Source: a virus
Virus record (IMG/VR): IMGVR_UViG_3300048014_000057
Coordinates: 80,860 to 144,859 of that record
DNA length: 64,000 nt
Reading direction: 5' to 3' (one strand)
Both the position numbers and the translations under genes were made by a program. How positions within the stretch are numbered: position 1 is the stretch's first letter; each line of letters begins with the position of its first letter. This document shows positions 1 through 8,208 of the stretch, one piece after another. The notes under the pieces were generated by a model. It worked only from the letters and a program-made list of their open reading frames with translations. It did not search any database and had not been told where the DNA came from.

Positions 1-78
1 AATTATAAAATCAAATAAAGAAATTGCGACATAAGTTATCGCAATTAAAGGTCTCCAATTTTCTTTCCAATTTTCCAT
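1..78 (-). CDS. Putative holin-like membrane protein (3-TM/GTA-holin-like), 5' part only; runs off the window
   Basis: Manual translation from ATG at 78: MENWKENWRPLIAITYVAISLFDFII. WRP...Y...FDF pattern and hydrophobic stretch; not in the ORF track. Confidence 0.55.
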   Translation of the reverse strand, partial: MENWKENWRPLIAITYVAISLFDFII

Positions 79-93
79 TTTTTCTTCTTTTTT

Positions 94-126
94 AATAAAT
101 AATATAAATTATTTCTCATATTTATT
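94..126. promoter_or_regulatory. Pair of divergent T4-late-type promoter motifs (AATAAATA on + at 94-101, on - at 119-126)
   Basis: One mismatch from the T4 late consensus TATAAATA; ATAAATA recurs upstream of most virion genes in the window. Confidence 0.55.
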
Positions 127-133
127 GGAAAAA

Positions 134-3070
134 ATGGCAGAAGAAACAAAAACATCAACATTTCGACAGATATTAGCAGAACACGGCTCACAAATATTTG
201 CAACAGCATTTCCAGGAGCTTCTAAATTATTAGAAATTGGTTCTCAATATATAAATTCTGGTGGTGATACTAGAGAAAAAGAAGAAAGGGAAATTTCTAG
301 AGAAAGAGAAAAACAATCTCGTTCTAGTGCCGCAACTTCAAAACTCGCGACTATTATGGATGAAGGTTTTAATAAAATTGATGATAGATTAAATATGACT
401 AATATTGTTTTAAATCAATCCAAAGAATTACAAATTATAAATAATAAATTACTTGAAAAATTTCTTGAAAATGTTGGTTATGGTGGTGGATTTGGTGGTG
501 GATTTGGTGGTGGATTTGGTGGTGGATTCGGGGGAATGGGTTTTGGTGGTGGATTTGGTGGAAATAATCTTCTTAGTAATCCTGCTGTAGATATTGGAAT
601 ATGGGAAATAGGAAAAAAACTTCTAGGAAAATCAGGTGAATTTTTAAAAAATTTATCAAGATTTTTAGGTCCTTTAGGTATAGCTGCTGAAATTATGGAC
701 CCTTCTCCTACAGGAATTGGTAAAGGAGAAGATATAGATTCTATAAAAAAAAATATGGAAAGAAATCAAAGAAAACTTTTTGGTGATCTTGATTTTGATA
801 AAAATTCAGATGACGGTTCTTTAGAACAAAAAAGACAATTAGAAATAAAAGCAAAAGAAGATGCCTTAAAATTAACTATTGATAATTTAAATAATACAAT
901 TCTTATATTAAAAGATACAATAGAAAAAACCAAAAATAGTGGAGGAAATACTGATTCTCTTCAATTACAATTAAAACAAAATGAAAATACATTATCTCAA
1001 TTAAATAAATCTTATAATGATCTAGAATCTTCTAAAAATACACCTTTAAAAAATTCTACTATTGAAGAAATAAAACCTAATTCTTTTAATAATCCAAATA
1101 TACCTCCTGTTCTTTCAAATGGTAGAAGTATATTTGGTACTGCAACTCCTTCACCAACTTATCCCTCCGATCCAAATAATTTAGGAATTCCTCATTTTGG
1201 TCCGCCCGGTTATCGTAGTAATGCTCCCATTGTAAGAAATAGTGGATCAAGATTAGAAAGACATGCTGGTGGACAACCAACTATTGAAAATGAAAATTCT
1301 AAAACACCAGAATTAAATGGTGAAGATGTAGTTAAACATCTAGAAAAAATGAGAGATGCAGGATTTATCACTAATGAAGAATGTGTTACTTTAGGAATGG
1401 CTGCTGCTGGTATAAAATATGGAAGTGGAACGCCAGGATCATTTACTACACAATGGAAAAAAGGTGGTACGGATTATGAAAAAATGGCTAATGGTTCTGT
1501 TGCTGCATCATTTTTAAATGTTGATGGAAGTCCTGCTAATATATATGGTGGACCACAAGGAGGTAGACATGCAAAAGATGTAGAGGCTATGAATGGTGGT
1601 CAAGGAGGAACTGATCATGTTATTGTTAAAAAATCAAATCATTATGATAAAGATGGAAAATTTGATGGTTGGAATGCTATAGAACAATATAGAGGACAAC
1701 CTATGCATGAAAGATTTATGCCTTTAAATGGTGGTTTTGGTGAAAATTCTTTAAAGAATTATAATGAAGTATTAGGACCAGATGGTGAAGTTTTAGGTGG
1801 TCGTAAAAATTTTGATTATGCTCGTCTACATCCTAATCAAAATTCTAATATTTCTGGTGATTATTCAAATGATGCAAGGCATAATGCAGAAACTTATTTG
1901 GGAAGAAAAATGTCAGATGATGAATATGATCAATTAATTAGAGCAACAAGTGCTGAAGCAGGGGGCGGAATAAAAGGAAAAGGTGATACTACAGAACAAG
2001 CTATGATTATGGCTTCCATTCTTAATAGAGCTAAAAAATTGGGACCTGATGGTGTAATTACAGCTTTACATGCCCGTAATCAATTTCAATCTGTTACAGG
2101 AAGAGATGGACGTACACCTTCTCCTAATTTTATTAATGGACCAAGTGATACAAGAAAATTTAATATTGAAGAAGCTGCTGCCAAAAAATTACCATTTATA
2201 TCAACAGAACAATTAAATTTTACTGCTGCATCTGATGCCGCATATGGCCCAGGAAAAAATATAAGTTATAGAGATAAAATGTTAGCTGATGGTGGAAGTG
2301 TAATTGGGGGTTCTGTTTTTAACACATCACCACCAAATGAATTTCCTGAAATAAAAAATTCTAATTCTAAAGCTGATCTTGCTTTTGGAGATTCTACCGT
2401 TCATGGTTTAGGACTTCCTGGGGATTCAAAAGATAAAAGACATACACGAGATAGTAAAGCAGCACTTGAAGAATATTTAAAAACTAATAGTGTAGAAGGA
2501 AAAAATGTTGTTATTTCTGGTGTATCTAATAATGCCGATGAAAATGGATTTAAAGATGTAAAAGATATGGCTAATATTTTAAAAAAAGCTGGTGCTCATG
2601 TTAATATTCTTGGAGAAGGAAAAAGAGCCGATCTTGCTAAATGGAATCCTGAATTAGAAAAATTTGCCAAAGATAATGGTATGTTATTCACACCAATGAT
2701 AGATAATCAAAGACCAGATAATGTACATCCGGCCAATTATAAAGAACAATTAACAGAAATAAATAAAAAATTTACAGAAACAAATAAGAATCAACTTTCA
2801 GCAACACAAATATCAGCACAACAAAAACAACAAATGTTATTTCATACTCAACAAAATATGGATGCTGCACGAATTTCCAAGGCTGCAATCGAAAGAAGTA
2901 CAAAATCAGGATTTACACCAAATGTTAATACTTTATATGATGGAAATAAAGAAAAATCTTTTTTTGAAAGAAATCCTGCCAAAGAAAAGAAAGAAGTTGG
3001 TGATCCAAAAGCTGCTTCTACAAGAGTGAGTCAATTATTTACTGGATATGGTGGCATAGGACATAATTAG
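134..3070 (+). CDS. Large tail/baseplate-hub-associated multi-domain cell-wall hydrolase (coiled coil, Cys/His peptidase-like, SleB/Hydrolase_2-like and SGNH domains)
   Basis: N-terminal coiled coil and GGGF repeats; EECVTL...DHVIV; ATSAEAGG...IMASILNR...NQF; AFGDST...SNN...DNVHP. ATG at 134 preferred over TTG at 125. Confidence 0.6.
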   Translation: MAEETKTSTFRQILAEHGSQIFATAFPGASKLLEIGSQYINSGGDTREKEEREISREREKQSRSSAATSKLATIMDEGFNKIDDRLNMTNIVLNQSKELQIINNKLLEKFLENVGYGGGFGGGFGGGFGGGFGGMGFGGGFGGNNLLSNPAVDIGIWEIGKKLLGKSGEFLKNLSRFLGPLGIAAEIMDPSPTGIGKGEDIDSIKKNMERNQRKLFGDLDFDKNSDDGSLEQKRQLEIKAKEDALKLTIDNLNNTILILKDTIEKTKNSGGNTDSLQLQLKQNENTLSQLNKSYNDLESSKNTPLKNSTIEEIKPNSFNNPNIPPVLSNGRSIFGTATPSPTYPSDPNNLGIPHFGPPGYRSNAPIVRNSGSRLERHAGGQPTIENENSKTPELNGEDVVKHLEKMRDAGFITNEECVTLGMAAAGIKYGSGTPGSFTTQWKKGGTDYEKMANGSVAASFLNVDGSPANIYGGPQGGRHAKDVEAMNGGQGGTDHVIVKKSNHYDKDGKFDGWNAIEQYRGQPMHERFMPLNGGFGENSLKNYNEVLGPDGEVLGGRKNFDYARLHPNQNSNISGDYSNDARHNAETYLGRKMSDDEYDQLIRATSAEAGGGIKGKGDTTEQAMIMASILNRAKKLGPDGVITALHARNQFQSVTGRDGRTPSPNFINGPSDTRKFNIEEAAAKKLPFISTEQLNFTAASDAAYGPGKNISYRDKMLADGGSVIGGSVFNTSPPNEFPEIKNSNSKADLAFGDSTVHGLGLPGDSKDKRHTRDSKAALEEYLKTNSVEGKNVVISGVSNNADENGFKDVKDMANILKKAGAHVNILGEGKRADLAKWNPELEKFAKDNGMLFTPMIDNQRPDNVHPANYKEQLTEINKKFTETNKNQLSATQISAQQKQQMLFHTQQNMDAARISKAAIERSTKSGFTPNVNTLYDGNKEKSFFERNPAKEKKEVGDPKAASTRVSQLFTGYGGIGHN
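482..562 (+). repeat. Coding 12-bp tandem repeat (GGTGGTGGATTT)n encoding GGGF
   Basis: Seen directly: several exact and degenerate copies. Confidence 0.9.
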
Positions 3071-3082
3071 GAGAATATAAAA

Positions 3083-3685
3083 ATGAAAATTAGATTTATT
3101 GGCGATATCCACGGTGATATAGAAACTTGGAAAAAGATAACTTCTGATTGTGATAATTCAATTCAATTAGGAGATTTTGGTGCAGGATTTATTGAAATTC
3201 CACTAGAAAATGATGTTTGTTTATCTCACAAATTTATAAGAGGAAATCATGATAATCCAGAAATTTGTAGAAAAAATTCTAGATGGATTGAGGATGGTTA
3301 CTATGATGAAAAACATAGAATAATGTTTGTTGGTGGGGCTTTATCTATCGACAAAAATTTAAGAACACCTTATAAAGATTGGTGGCCTGATGAAGAATTA
3401 TCTTACGTAGAATTTCAGAATTTAATTGATAAATATGTAAATTTAAAACCAGAAGTCATGGTAACGCATGATTGTCCAAAATCTATTTACTCAATATTTC
3501 CATATAAAAATTATTTTCCTTCTATTACTATCGAAGCTTTCGAATATATGTTTTTTTATCATAAACCTAAATTATGGTTATTTGGACATCATCATGAAAA
3601 TAAAAATAAAATAGTAGAAGGAACACAATTTATTTGTGTAGATATTAATAATTATGTTGATGTTGACTTTCCAGAATATGTATGA
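3083..3685 (+). CDS. Calcineurin-like metallophosphoesterase
   Basis: GDIHG, LGD, GNHD, THD and GHHH motifs; AGGAG RBS. Confidence 0.9.
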   Translation: MKIRFIGDIHGDIETWKKITSDCDNSIQLGDFGAGFIEIPLENDVCLSHKFIRGNHDNPEICRKNSRWIEDGYYDEKHRIMFVGGALSIDKNLRTPYKDWWPDEELSYVEFQNLIDKYVNLKPEVMVTHDCPKSIYSIFPYKNYFPSITIEAFEYMFFYHKPKLWLFGHHHENKNKIVEGTQFICVDINNYVDVDFPEYV

Positions 3686-3721
3686 TATTATAAGAAATAA
3701 CACAAGCAAGGGAAAATAAAA

Positions 3722-3907
3722 ATGGAAAAAGATAACAGTATTCATGCATCAATCCATCATTCCGATAGAGATATTGGAAAAGAAAAGGAAAAAGATAACA
3801 GTATTCATACATCAATCCATCATTCCGATAGAGATATTGGAAAAGAAAAGGAAAAAGTATCAAAATTGTCGGATAAAATTAAAAAAGTTCTTAAACCAAA
3901 ATCATAA
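3722..3907 (+). CDS. Small hypothetical protein with an internal 21-aa duplication
   Basis: EKDNSIH(A/T)SIHHSDRDIGKEK twice. Confidence 0.5.
   Translation: MEKDNSIHASIHHSDRDIGKEKEKDNSIHTSIHHSDRDIGKEKEKVSKLSDKIKKVLKPKS
3725..3850 (+). repeat. 63-bp direct tandem duplication (1 mismatch)
   Basis: 3725-3787 versus 3788-3850. Confidence 0.9.
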
Positions 3908-4096
3908 AGGATTATTTCTTCTATTGGCTTCTTCAATTTCTTTATTAATTTTATTAACCATTTGAATGTAAATTGTGCGTTCAAATGGTATCATATTTTC
4001 TAATTCTTCAAGAGAATATCCATGATGATGTTGTAGAGAAAAATTTGTAGAATAATAAGAAGATAGATTATTATGTATTAAAGATATAAAAAAAAA
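3902..4096 (-). CDS. gp51: Baseplate hub assembly protein gp51-like; no canonical start, possibly expressed as a frameshift fusion with gp26
   Basis: Manual translation ...IHNNLSSYYSTNFSLQHHHGYSLEELENMIPFERTIYIQMVNK...NPL*, the typical gp51-like signature; absent from the ORF track. Confidence 0.75.
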   Translation of the reverse strand, partial: FFFISLIHNNLSSYYSTNFSLQHHHGYSLEELENMIPFERTIYIQMVNKINKEIEEANRRNNPL

Positions 4097-4782
4097 TCCA
4101 TAAGAGAATTAAAAGTAAGACTTCTTATAGTACCTAATTTATTAGTATATTGAACCGTATATTTGACGGAAGGAGTCGAAAGAAGAAATTCTTCTATTTT
4201 TCTAAAGGTTTTAATATCTAAATTATCCATGAATTCTCTTTTTTCGTCCATTGTTAATTCTAATAATTCATCTTTATTGTAAATATTTTCAATACATCTA
4301 ACAACTAATTCAAACAAACCATCCTTTTTAAGTCTTGCCTGAAAATCATCAGAATCATAAATAGAGGCTTCTGGATATTTCATTACAATAGTAATATTAT
4401 TATCTACTTTAATGTTATTATCTGGGGGATTGTCTTGAAAATTAACTTTAATATCATCAAAATTAATTTTTAAAGAATATTTTTCTTTATCCTGATCGTC
4501 CTGAATCTCTATTGTTTCTATTGAATTTACTGATTTTGATCTTAGTTGTAAAAATAGATATTCAAGATCAAACATAGGAATAGAGTTAATATTAAAATCT
4601 GGTTCTTGACAACAAACCTTAACAACATCTTTAATGGCTTTAAAAATATCATTAATATTTTTAGATTCTTTGGCAAATAAAAGAATTTTTTCTTCTTTAA
4701 CGAGAAATCGACGAAAATATAAATCTTTTTTATTAGAAGGTTGATTAATTAAAAATGTTGGGTAAATTAATTGTGGTATTAT
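4078..4782 (-). CDS. gp26: Baseplate hub subunit gp26-like (extended to an ATA start)
   Basis: Frame is open upstream of the track ORF and reads IIPQLIYPTF...FRRFLVKEEKILLFAKES...FDLEYLFLQLRSKSV; ends LMDFF; AGGAG 8 nt before ATA. Confidence 0.85.
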   Translation of the reverse strand: MIPQLIYPTFLINQPSNKKDLYFRRFLVKEEKILLFAKESKNINDIFKAIKDVVKVCCQEPDFNINSIPMFDLEYLFLQLRSKSVNSIETIEIQDDQDKEKYSLKINFDDIKVNFQDNPPDNNIKVDNNITIVMKYPEASIYDSDDFQARLKKDGLFELVVRCIENIYNKDELLELTMDEKREFMDNLDIKTFRKIEEFLLSTPSVKYTVQYTNKLGTIRSLTFNSLMDFFLYL

Positions 4783-4793
4783 TTTAAAATCTC

Positions 4794-5414
4794 CTAATTC
4801 TGAAATTCTACTGCAAATTCTCTATAAGTAAATGTAATATCTAATTTTAAAAGATTATCAGTTTTATCCCATGATAAAGGAGTTTCTGAAAATAATATTG
4901 GTTTGGCTCTATAGGCATTGACGATTTTAATCAGATTTCCCGAAAGGTCATATGTATTTATATTTATTACCTGAGAACAAATATCATCTTCATAGGCGGA
5001 AGTATAATTTGGAACAGAATAATTTAAAGCTCCATTTTGTGTGGTTTGAGAATTATTATATATTTCTGCAAAATTATATATGGAATTTATCCATTCATAA
5101 AAAAACTGATATATTAATCCATATTTATCTGTTAGAAATGACATTTCCAAATTACCAAATACAGCATTATAAGGTTGTTTAATTATTGGACCCATACCAT
5201 ATCTTCTTGATTCTGTAGATTGTAATCCTATTGCAGGCGATGTAACACTTTGGGCTCGCATTTGTAGAATTTGCGGTAATCCTGCTAAATTTCCATTGGT
5301 TATAGTTTGATTGCCTAAAATATTAGGAAGTGAAATTAAAATATCAAATTTATTAGAAGAAGAATATCCATAAGTTTTTAAATTTGAAAGAAACTGATTT
5401 ACATCAAAAGCCAT
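4794..5414 (-). CDS. Tail tube/baseplate-tube junction protein (gp54/gp19-like)
   Basis: SNKFDI...RAQSVTSP...YEWINSI...PLSWD...LDITFTYREF pattern; position between gp2 and gp26. Confidence 0.6.
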   Translation of the reverse strand: MAFDVNQFLSNLKTYGYSSSNKFDILISLPNILGNQTITNGNLAGLPQILQMRAQSVTSPAIGLQSTESRRYGMGPIIKQPYNAVFGNLEMSFLTDKYGLIYQFFYEWINSIYNFAEIYNNSQTTQNGALNYSVPNYTSAYEDDICSQVININTYDLSGNLIKIVNAYRAKPILFSETPLSWDKTDNLLKLDITFTYREFAVEFQN

Positions 5415-5433
5415 TAGAAATTATCCTTATATA

Positions 5434-6033
5434 TCATATACTTAATAAACTCATGGCCCAGACATAATCGGAGGATTTCTTTTTGAATTTTTCTGTTGGT
5501 AAAAGTGCTGTATAATACCAATTAACAGGTTTTATATATTGAAAAGAACTTCTAACATGAGAAAATAAATATCTATGAACACAAGGTTTAAATAATTTAA
5601 ATCGAGAAGCACTTGTAAGAATAGAATAATTTATTTTTAATTTACTTGTATTGTCATATTTTTGATTATTTAATGTTTCTGAAATTCTGGTCATTAATAT
5701 TGATCTCATTCCTGGTGGAAGATAATGAATATTTATTCCTAAAAATCCATCTTTATATAATTCAATAGGAAAAACGAGTGGAAAAATGTCATAATATTTA
5801 AGAGTTCCTTTATGTTTAGGATCATAGGCATAAAAATACATTTTTCCTATTGAATTAATAGATAAATTATCCATATTTTCAAATGGACCAGCATTTTTTT
5901 GTAAATTTTTGCCAGTAGCCTTTTTGGTGTTATAGGCTTGATTATAAAACCAATCACGAGCTTTTTTACTATCTTTTCTTAAATCGATATTATTAATACC
6001 GGCTTCTTTTGCAAGTTTTTCAAATGACCACAC
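5434..6033 (-). CDS. gp2: DNA end protector protein (T4 gp2-like)
   Basis: IGKMYFYAYDPKHK.TL.YYDIFPLVF...GFLGINIHYLP...PCVHRYL...LPTEKF; GTG start. Confidence 0.9.
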   Translation of the reverse strand: MWSFEKLAKEAGINNIDLRKDSKKARDWFYNQAYNTKKATGKNLQKNAGPFENMDNLSINSIGKMYFYAYDPKHKGTLKYYDIFPLVFPIELYKDGFLGINIHYLPPGMRSILMTRISETLNNQKYDNTSKLKINYSILTSASRFKLFKPCVHRYLFSHVRSSFQYIKPVNWYYTALLPTEKFKKKSSDYVWAMSLLSI

Positions 6034-6079
6034 TGAAAATTTTCCTTTTTCTATATTTATTATTTTTTTGAAAAAGGAT

Positions 6080-6108
6080 TTGACAACTTTCTCATAGAAG
6101 AGTAAGAA
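6080..6108 (+). promoter_or_regulatory. Possible sigma70-type early promoter (TTGACA-17-TAAGAA)
   Basis: Perfect -35, weak -10, at the strand-switch point. Confidence 0.4.
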
Positions 6109-6160
6109 ATAGGAAATGGAGACAAAATATGGAAAATGATAAAAAATTAGGAGATAAAAA

Positions 6161-6529
6161 ATGGATAAGTCTTTAAAAGAAAAGTGGATTAAAAAACTTA
6201 CTTCTGGTAAATATCGTCAATGTCAAAATAGTTTAAAGAAAGAAACTCGTGATGGTGGAGTTAGTTTTTGTTGTTTAGGAATTTTAGCAGAATGTATTGA
6301 TCCTGACTATTTTACAGAAGAAAAATTTAAATATCAAAATAATAGAACTAAAGCATTTGTTCCAAATTCTAAATATTTCCCATCTTTTGTAAATATTGGT
6401 ATGTTACCTGATTTTATTTTAAATAAAATTAGGTTAATCTCAGAACAACAAAATATATTAATAGAAATGAATGATAATAAGGGTAAAAAATTTAAAACAA
6501 TTGCTAAATGGATTGAAGAAAATCTATAA
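6161..6529 (+). CDS. Conserved phage hypothetical protein
   Basis: AGGAG RBS; KW...SGKYRQ...FCCLG...MND...F..IA.WI pattern common in phage proteins. Confidence 0.7.
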   Translation: MDKSLKEKWIKKLTSGKYRQCQNSLKKETRDGGVSFCCLGILAECIDPDYFTEEKFKYQNNRTKAFVPNSKYFPSFVNIGMLPDFILNKIRLISEQQNILIEMNDNKGKKFKTIAKWIEENL

Positions 6530-6532
6530 ATA
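6525..6532 (+). promoter_or_regulatory. T4 late promoter TATAAATA upstream of the tRNA
   Basis: Exact consensus ending 7 nt before the tRNA 5' end. Confidence 0.6.
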
Positions 6533-6539
6533 AAATAAT

Positions 6540-6631
6540 GCGGGATTAGTGTAATGGTAGCACACGGTCCTTATAAGGCCGCATCGCCAGATTAGCGAGT
6601 AGTAAAAGTTCGAATCTTTTATCCCGTACCA
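6540..6631 (+). tRNA. tRNA with anticodon UAU (nominally Ile, AUA), long variable arm and encoded CCA
   Basis: Acceptor GCGGGAT/ATCCCGT, D arm GTGT/GCAC, anticodon stem CGGTC/GGCCG with loop CT-TAT-AA, 22-nt variable region, T arm AAAAG-TTCGAAT-CTTTT, A73, CCA. Confidence 0.9.
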
Positions 6632-6655
6632 ATTAAAAAAATTAAGGAGATTTAT

Positions 6656-7087
6656 ATGGAAGATTATATTTTACCAGCAGGAAAATATTTAATAGGTGAT
6701 CCTTGTTATTTTTTTTCTGATAAACCACATGAAGATTGGTTAAATTTTTTAGAACAAAATGATTTTCTTGATAATGAAGGAAAAGGGGTATTAACAGGAA
6801 CCGATTTATCTGTAGTTGTTTTTGGAACAAAATATGGTGATGGACTTTATAAAGATGAATATAACAATGAATATGGTGTAGATTCTGGATTAATTGGTAT
6901 TATTCCTTATACAGAGGAAAGTGATATTCCTTCTTTAATGCATTTAATACAATTTGATAAGGATTTTGAATGTATTAATAATAATGGATATTTACATTTT
7001 GGTGACATTGTTATTGACACAGTTCAAGACTATCATTATGATTATACCGATGAAACCGAAGATGAAGGAGTATGGGATGAACCATGA
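6656..7087 (+). CDS. Conserved phage hypothetical protein (GDPCY/GDG.Y/VDSG motifs)
   Basis: AAGGAG RBS; recurring phage protein motifs. Confidence 0.7.
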   Translation: MEDYILPAGKYLIGDPCYFFSDKPHEDWLNFLEQNDFLDNEGKGVLTGTDLSVVVFGTKYGDGLYKDEYNNEYGVDSGLIGIIPYTEESDIPSLMHLIQFDKDFECINNNGYLHFGDIVIDTVQDYHYDYTDETEDEGVWDEP

Positions 7088-7192
7088 AATTATTGGTCGT
7101 TATGACTCACTTTTTAATGCCTTTTTTTATGGTTATTATGAAGGAACAAAATTCGTAATTCTCTATGCAATAATATTTTGAAAGGATTTAGA

Positions 7193-7441
7193 ATGTTAAA
7201 TTTTGGGGAATGTTTTCTCATTTTATCTAAAGAAAATAATGATTATAAAATTTTAAATACTATTTATCCTCATAATATGGTATATGAGGATAAAAAACTT
7301 CTTGGTCTTCTTATACAAGTTAGAAGAAATGTTACACAATGGTATGATAACTATTTTAAAAATAAGAATGATCAACTTTGTGTTGGTATTGGGGAAAAAG
7401 ATTTATCTGATGGGCAATATAAAATTTTAAGACTTATTTAA
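7193..7441 (+). CDS. Hypothetical protein
   Basis: AAGGA before ATG at 7193, in frame with the track ORF 7178-7441. Confidence 0.55.
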   Translation: MLNFGECFLILSKENNDYKILNTIYPHNMVYEDKKLLGLLIQVRRNVTQWYDNYFKNKNDQLCVGIGEKDLSDGQYKILRLI

Positions 7442-7462
7442 AATAAATAGGAGACAAGGAAA

Positions 7463-7855
7463 TTGAATATAATTAAAGAAATAGAAAATATTAACAAAAA
7501 AATAAATTTCCTTGTTTCTTTATTTTCAAACAATTCCGGAGGAAATACAATGATAGATTTATCACAATTAGAAAAAGAAGTAGAAAATGCAATTAATCTT
7601 GCAAAATTAGCAGGAGATAAAATCCTTTCTAATATAGAAACAAAGGCAAGTGAAGATGCTGCTACTATTGCTAAAATTGCAAATTTACATATTACATTAA
7701 GTTCTGCCATGGCTAATTTAAATTTTATTATTTCTAATAATGTTATTCATGGAGAAGGTGTATTATTAAATGTTGTAGATTTTACAAAACAAATTCCTCA
7801 CGATATCGAAGTAGGAGTAGAAAATCTAGTTGATGAAGTTAAAAAGATAATTTAA
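7463..7855 (+). CDS. Hypothetical protein (alternative internal ATG near 7550 with a GGAGG RBS)
   Basis: ORF track and RBS motifs. Confidence 0.55.
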   Translation: MNIIKEIENINKKINFLVSLFSNNSGGNTMIDLSQLEKEVENAINLAKLAGDKILSNIETKASEDAATIAKIANLHITLSSAMANLNFIISNNVIHGEGVLLNVVDFTKQIPHDIEVGVENLVDEVKKII

Positions 7856-7908
7856 TTTATAACATTGGGTGACATATACGAAAAAAGAATAGAACATATT
7901 CTTTCGAA

Positions 7909-8208
7909 TTGTTATTTAAACATGGTGAAACTTGTCCTTATTGTAATAAAATTATAAAAATTAATTTTAATAATAAAAATGCACATAATGAAAAAAATTT
8001 TCCCACAAGAGATCATGTTATTCCTAAATCTGTAATGCCTGGACAACCCAGAATAATTGTATGTAGAGAATGTAATCAAAATAAAGATAAAAAAACATTA
8101 TTAGAATGGTATCATAAATTAAAAAATAATAATGATATTAGAAAAGATATTATCAAAGAACATTTAAAAAGAAGTGGTTATAAAAAGGAAGATATAGAAA
8201 ATGAATGA
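7909..8208 (+). CDS. HNH endonuclease
   Basis: CPYC...TRDHVIPKS...CRECNQNK. Confidence 0.8.
   Translation: MLFKHGETCPYCNKIIKINFNNKNAHNEKNFPTRDHVIPKSVMPGQPRIIVCRECNQNKDKKTLLEWYHKLKNNNDIRKDIIKEHLKRSGYKKEDIENE

Noticed and set aside
75-137. 10-bp inverted repeat covering the ATG of the large lysin gene
   Set aside because: Explained by two divergent genes sharing the same GAAAAAATGG start context.
482-3850. Tandem repeats (GGTGGTGGATTT and the 63-bp unit) as a possible CRISPR array
   Set aside because: No unique spacers; both are in-frame coding repeats.
6540-6631. tRNA as a dedicated initiator for the AUA starts, or as a selenocysteine/allo-tRNA
   Set aside because: It lacks initiator determinants and has a standard 7/5 acceptor/T-stem rather than 8/5, 8/4 or 9/3.
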